Virus record (IMG/VR): IMGVR_UViG_3300025018_000274
Coordinates: 1-39,576 of that record
DNA: 39,576 nt
Direction: 5' to 3' (one strand)
DNA from: a virus
Lineage: Duplodnaviria > Caudoviricetes
A program made the translations under genes and the position numbers. Shown in pieces: positions 35,956 through 39,576 of this stretch (the first letter of the stretch is position 1; the number at the start of each line of letters is the position of its first letter). The notes below the pieces were generated by a model. That model saw only the letters and a list, made by a program, of their open reading frames with translations. It was not told where the DNA came from and made no database searches.

Positions 35956-37301
35956 TTTTCCTCTTTCAAAATTTCTTCTATTGCACTTTCCACATCATCT
36001 CTCTCTTCGAAAAAATCTTTTTCATTTAAATCGCCTTCTAAATCTTTGAAAAACTCTTCATCTTCTTTAGATAAAGTGCTTTTGTTTTTAATGCTCTTGT
36101 GCATTGGTTGAAAGATGTAGTCGTTTGCTGGACCTAAAGAAAGAGCAGTAGAATATTCTAACAAAATATTCTTTAGACAATCTTCGCAAACATAACCGTA
36201 AGTTTCTGTTTCATAAATATTAACTTCTTCTTCTGCACTAAAATCTTGATTACATACATTACATTCACAACTTTCAAATTCTAGCTCATAATTATAGCTT
36301 GTTGATGATTTGAATTTGAAACCTTTTGCTTTTCCATCATAATAAACATCATCATAATCATAACCGTGACCATAGCCATAGTCTGTATAGCTTCCTCTTT
36401 TGCTTTTCTTAGTTTTACCATAATAATCTTTGTAATAATTATAGTTATACTTATTGTAGCTTTTGTTGTTGTAGGCATATACTCTTTTTTCTGCAGCTTC
36501 AAATTTATTAGTAACTTCTTCTATAGTTTTTACAGAGAAGAAAAATGCCTTAGCTAACTCATTAAGAGAGCCCCATTCTTTTTCTGTGTGATGGTTATAA
36601 TAGCCTACACAAACATTTGCACAAGAAATATAATCTCTATATGAATTTGCATCAGAAGCAACTCCTATAGCTCCATTCATACCAAGTGAATATTTATCTG
36701 AAATATCTTCTAGAGCTTCTTCAAAAGCAAGAGTGCCGTAATCATTTTGTGAACAGATAATGTCGGTAGAACCCCATCTGTCAAAAACTAAGCCGTAAAG
36801 ACAATTGTCTTTTATTTTTTGACCTAAGTTTTTGCCTATGTGATAAGCTCCAATAATACCAATTTCCTCGTCTACAGAGAAAATAAAGTTGATGTTTTTA
36901 ATTCCATTACCATTAAAGTGCTTTAGAAGCTTAAGGCAAAGATAAACACCAAACTTGTCATCAGCACCAATAATTCCTTCACCTTTTACAATAACATCGT
37001 TCTTTTCTTTATCTGAAAAATACGAAATCTTATCAATCTTTTTTAGATCACTTGCTTTCTGAATGGTGTCGATGTGAGAAGAAAGAAGTGGAGCATCTTT
37101 ATAATCTAAATAATAGATATTTCCTATATCATCAACACTATATGGTATATAGTAATCGTTAAGAAATTTCTGAATATAATCGCTCATAATTTTTGTAGTT
37201 CTTGACGGAGAACTTATTTTAAATAAATCCATCAGAAGAACTTTGTCGATATCTTCGTGTGAGAAAACCACTTTATTACTACTCTCTAATTCTTTATTCA
37301 T
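35952..37301 (-). CDS. M20/M28-like zinc peptidase with Tyr-rich linker and C-terminal CxxC..CxxC
   Basis: Start moved to 37301 (AAGGAG RBS); SSHIDT, GADDKFG, DEEIG, FDR, YYNHHTEKE; CNVC...CEDC. Confidence 0.8.
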   Translation of the reverse strand: MNKELESSNKVVFSHEDIDKVLLMDLFKISSPSRTTKIMSDYIQKFLNDYYIPYSVDDIGNIYYLDYKDAPLLSSHIDTIQKASDLKKIDKISYFSDKEKNDVIVKGEGIIGADDKFGVYLCLKLLKHFNGNGIKNINFIFSVDEEIGIIGAYHIGKNLGQKIKDNCLYGLVFDRWGSTDIICSQNDYGTLAFEEALEDISDKYSLGMNGAIGVASDANSYRDYISCANVCVGYYNHHTEKEWGSLNELAKAFFFSVKTIEEVTNKFEAAEKRVYAYNNKSYNKYNYNYYKDYYGKTKKSKRGSYTDYGYGHGYDYDDVYYDGKAKGFKFKSSTSYNYELEFESCECNVCNQDFSAEEEVNIYETETYGYVCEDCLKNILLEYSTALSLGPANDYIFQPMHKSIKNKSTLSKEDEEFFKDLEGDLNEKDFFEERDDVESAIEEILKEEK

Positions 37302-39378
37302 CTTGTTCTCCTTCTTGAACTTTTTCAATTTCTCCATCTTCATTTAAGAAATAACCCTCTATACCATTATTATCAAAATAATTTACAGATACAACTCTTG
37401 AACCTTCTGCAAACATATAAACATCGTCTGCAAGATAAAATTCTTCGCTATAGTTGCAACGAAAGACTTTATCTCCGATGTCATTATCAAAATAATAATC
37501 TTCTGCAGAACTAACCCAAACAGCATCGTCGTTTGAAATATATTCTCCATAATATTCAGACCAACAATAATTTTCATTCAAGCATGTTTCACAATAAAAA
37601 TTGCCATCTACCCAATTTCCACCATCGTCAACATGGCATCTTTCTCCGCAATTATAACATGTTGCGTGATCCTCATCATCATCATCGTCGTCATCGTTGA
37701 CTTCATTATAATGAACTGGCCTACTAAAATCTATTTGTGTTAGTTTCAATCCAGAATAACGCTCTACTATACTTTCCTCTGTTTGAGCTAAAGTAACAAG
37801 ACCCTTTATATCATTTAATTGAATGAAAGAACCAGAATACAATCTTTTAGATGAAGCAACATCTTTCTTTACAGTATAGGCGGATCTTCCCTCTGAACCA
37901 AAATTATGCACGATATATTTTTCGTTGTCAATAGTTTTTTCGGTTACGCCTATATCATCAGAATAAATTAAAGAAGAAAAGTAATCATTAAGATTAGAAT
38001 GCTTATAGTTAGTGTAAGCAAGATCCAACTCATACTTTGAATATGGTCTGCCTTCTTTTTCAGTATGTTCTCTAATGAAACTAAGGTCAACGAACAAATT
38101 GCTATTAGAAACCTCGTTTAGTTCTTTTGCAGAAATAAACTTAGTGTCATATTGCTTTTCTAATACAGCTACTTTATTGTCTTTTGTTAAAATACCCCAA
38201 ACTCTATTGTGCATTTTAGGAGAGCCATTCAGTGGATAGTTACCAAAATTTAATGATTTCTCTTGTCCATTAGTTGTATAAATAATTACTCTATTTCTAT
38301 CTAAGATAGTGTTATGAAGTCCTATCCAATAAGAATCTGAATAAGTAGAAGAAAGATTAAGACAAGAATTAAAAGAATTTCCTGTAGAGCAAGTAAAGAA
38401 ATCAACTGGATTTGCAGAAACAACTATTCTTGTTTTGTTGTTTCCAGTTTTGTTTATCATAAACTTACTAATTTCTTCTCCAATAACCCTAGAAAAGTTC
38501 TCAGTGCTTTTTCTGATAAAACTTTTAAACTCTTTTGAGTTTAAATTGCCTTGTTTCAGATCTTCATTATTCTTTATTTTATTTATAAAGTATTCAGAAA
38601 TGCTTTTAAGATTTGTGTATCCTACTCGTTCTCCAATTATATCTTTTATTTCATCATAATTTTGTTTTAAGCCAAAATCAGAAGCTCCAAAATATTCTTT
38701 TAGAAAATCTAACATTAGAATTTGAAAATTAGTGTTTCTCGCTTTAAATCTATGATCAAAGAATTCAGAAGAAGTCTCAACTTTTTCAAAGAAATTACTA
38801 CGCTGATCAATAAAGCCGCCACCAACAAAATAATCTTTCATTGATTGCATATTAAAAGTTTTATATAAATAAATATATTCAATAAAAATTCTGTTTACTA
38901 TTTCATAGGTAATCTTTTCTACATACTTTTTTAGCTTATAATCATTTCCTTTATAGTTAATTAAATTATTTGCATAGTTTTCATAATTTATTCCTATTTT
39001 ATGGATATAGGCATAAAATGCAGAAGAAGTCAGCTCTCTCCAGCTTTCATCAAGTTTCTCAGATAATTTTATTGGAAGATCGAAATAGGCTCTTAGATCA
39101 GAGCCTGCTCCATTACTTTTTAGGAAATTTAAAACATCTTTATCAATATAATTTTCTCTTATTTTCATAGAGTATTCTAAAAAATCTAGAGATTCGTCTT
39201 CTAGATTCCAGAAATTTTTAATTATATTAAAAACTTGTTCATAGTTCTTATAAGGAAATTCCATATCCTTAAAATAAAACTTTAAATCATCAAAAAGAGG
39301 AATTTGTTTTTTGTAAAGATTTTCTTGTTTAGACAAAAATTCTTGTTTATTAATTGATCGTATAGGAAGAACGCTCAT
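37294..39378 (-). CDS. Large hypothetical protein with S.NP.D...CS...SC motif and C-terminal zinc finger plus degenerate repeats
   Basis: GAGGTG RBS; VSANPVDFFTCSTGNSFNSCL; acidic run then CYNC...CETC and Tyr/Asp-rich repeats. Confidence 0.75.
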   Translation of the reverse strand: MSVLPIRSINKQEFLSKQENLYKKQIPLFDDLKFYFKDMEFPYKNYEQVFNIIKNFWNLEDESLDFLEYSMKIRENYIDKDVLNFLKSNGAGSDLRAYFDLPIKLSEKLDESWRELTSSAFYAYIHKIGINYENYANNLINYKGNDYKLKKYVEKITYEIVNRIFIEYIYLYKTFNMQSMKDYFVGGGFIDQRSNFFEKVETSSEFFDHRFKARNTNFQILMLDFLKEYFGASDFGLKQNYDEIKDIIGERVGYTNLKSISEYFINKIKNNEDLKQGNLNSKEFKSFIRKSTENFSRVIGEEISKFMINKTGNNKTRIVVSANPVDFFTCSTGNSFNSCLNLSSTYSDSYWIGLHNTILDRNRVIIYTTNGQEKSLNFGNYPLNGSPKMHNRVWGILTKDNKVAVLEKQYDTKFISAKELNEVSNSNLFVDLSFIREHTEKEGRPYSKYELDLAYTNYKHSNLNDYFSSLIYSDDIGVTEKTIDNEKYIVHNFGSEGRSAYTVKKDVASSKRLYSGSFIQLNDIKGLVTLAQTEESIVERYSGLKLTQIDFSRPVHYNEVNDDDDDDDEDHATCYNCGERCHVDDGGNWVDGNFYCETCLNENYCWSEYYGEYISNDDAVWVSSAEDYYFDNDIGDKVFRCNYSEEFYLADDVYMFAEGSRVVSVNYFDNNGIEGYFLNEDGEIEKVQEGEQDE

Positions 39379-39411
39379 CTGGCCACCTCACTTTTCTTTC
39401 TTTATATAAAA

Positions 39412-39440
39412 ATTATACTACAAAAATTTTTTTCGGTCAA
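39412..39440 (-). promoter_or_regulatory. sigma70/sigmaA promoter TTGACC-17-TATAAT
   Basis: Near-consensus; upstream of the GAGGTG RBS. Confidence 0.78.
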
Positions 39441-39576
39441 CAAAAAAATTAATTTTCTAAGAACACATGAAAAGTCATAGAAAGTTTCTTTGAATTATAA
39501 CTACCTACATAAATATAACCATTGTCTTCAAACAATTCGTTTGTTAAAAGTAGGTGAAATTTTACATTCTTTTTTT

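Noticed and set aside
1-39576. Stop-codon reassignment
   Set aside because: Genes are full length and tightly packed in code 11; TAG and TGA end genes directly before the next RBS or start

Overview
AT-rich, densely coding fragment of a large contractile-tailed (T4-type morphogenesis) bacteriophage, read in standard code 11. All family calls come from motif recognition by eye, without database searches. The + strand carries a gp55-like late sigma factor, a block of putative capsid-internal proteins (a DHH/DHHA1 phosphoesterase and three paralogous membrane proteins among them), a terminase large subunit with two LAGLIDADG inteins, portal, a gp21-like prohead protease with a third intein, scaffold, major capsid, gp13/gp14/gp15-like neck and tail-completion proteins, and tail sheath. 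Two minus-strand blocks have near-consensus sigma70/sigmaA promoters: MoxR-like AAA + membrane protein + DnaD-like wHTH + metallopeptidase-vWA, and a Zn-finger protein + M20/M28-like peptidase + micro membrane protein. Most notable: (i) a recurrent intergenic motif GTAAAGWTAA in front of late genes, a candidate new late promoter; (ii) many ORFs with T4-like (L/I)-x-E leaders, suggesting a packaged and injected cargo; (iii) three inteins in catalytic motifs of packaging and maturation enzymes; (iv) a neck protein with a ~575-aa N-terminal extension. No tRNA, rRNA, CRISPR array or tail tube gene was recognised.
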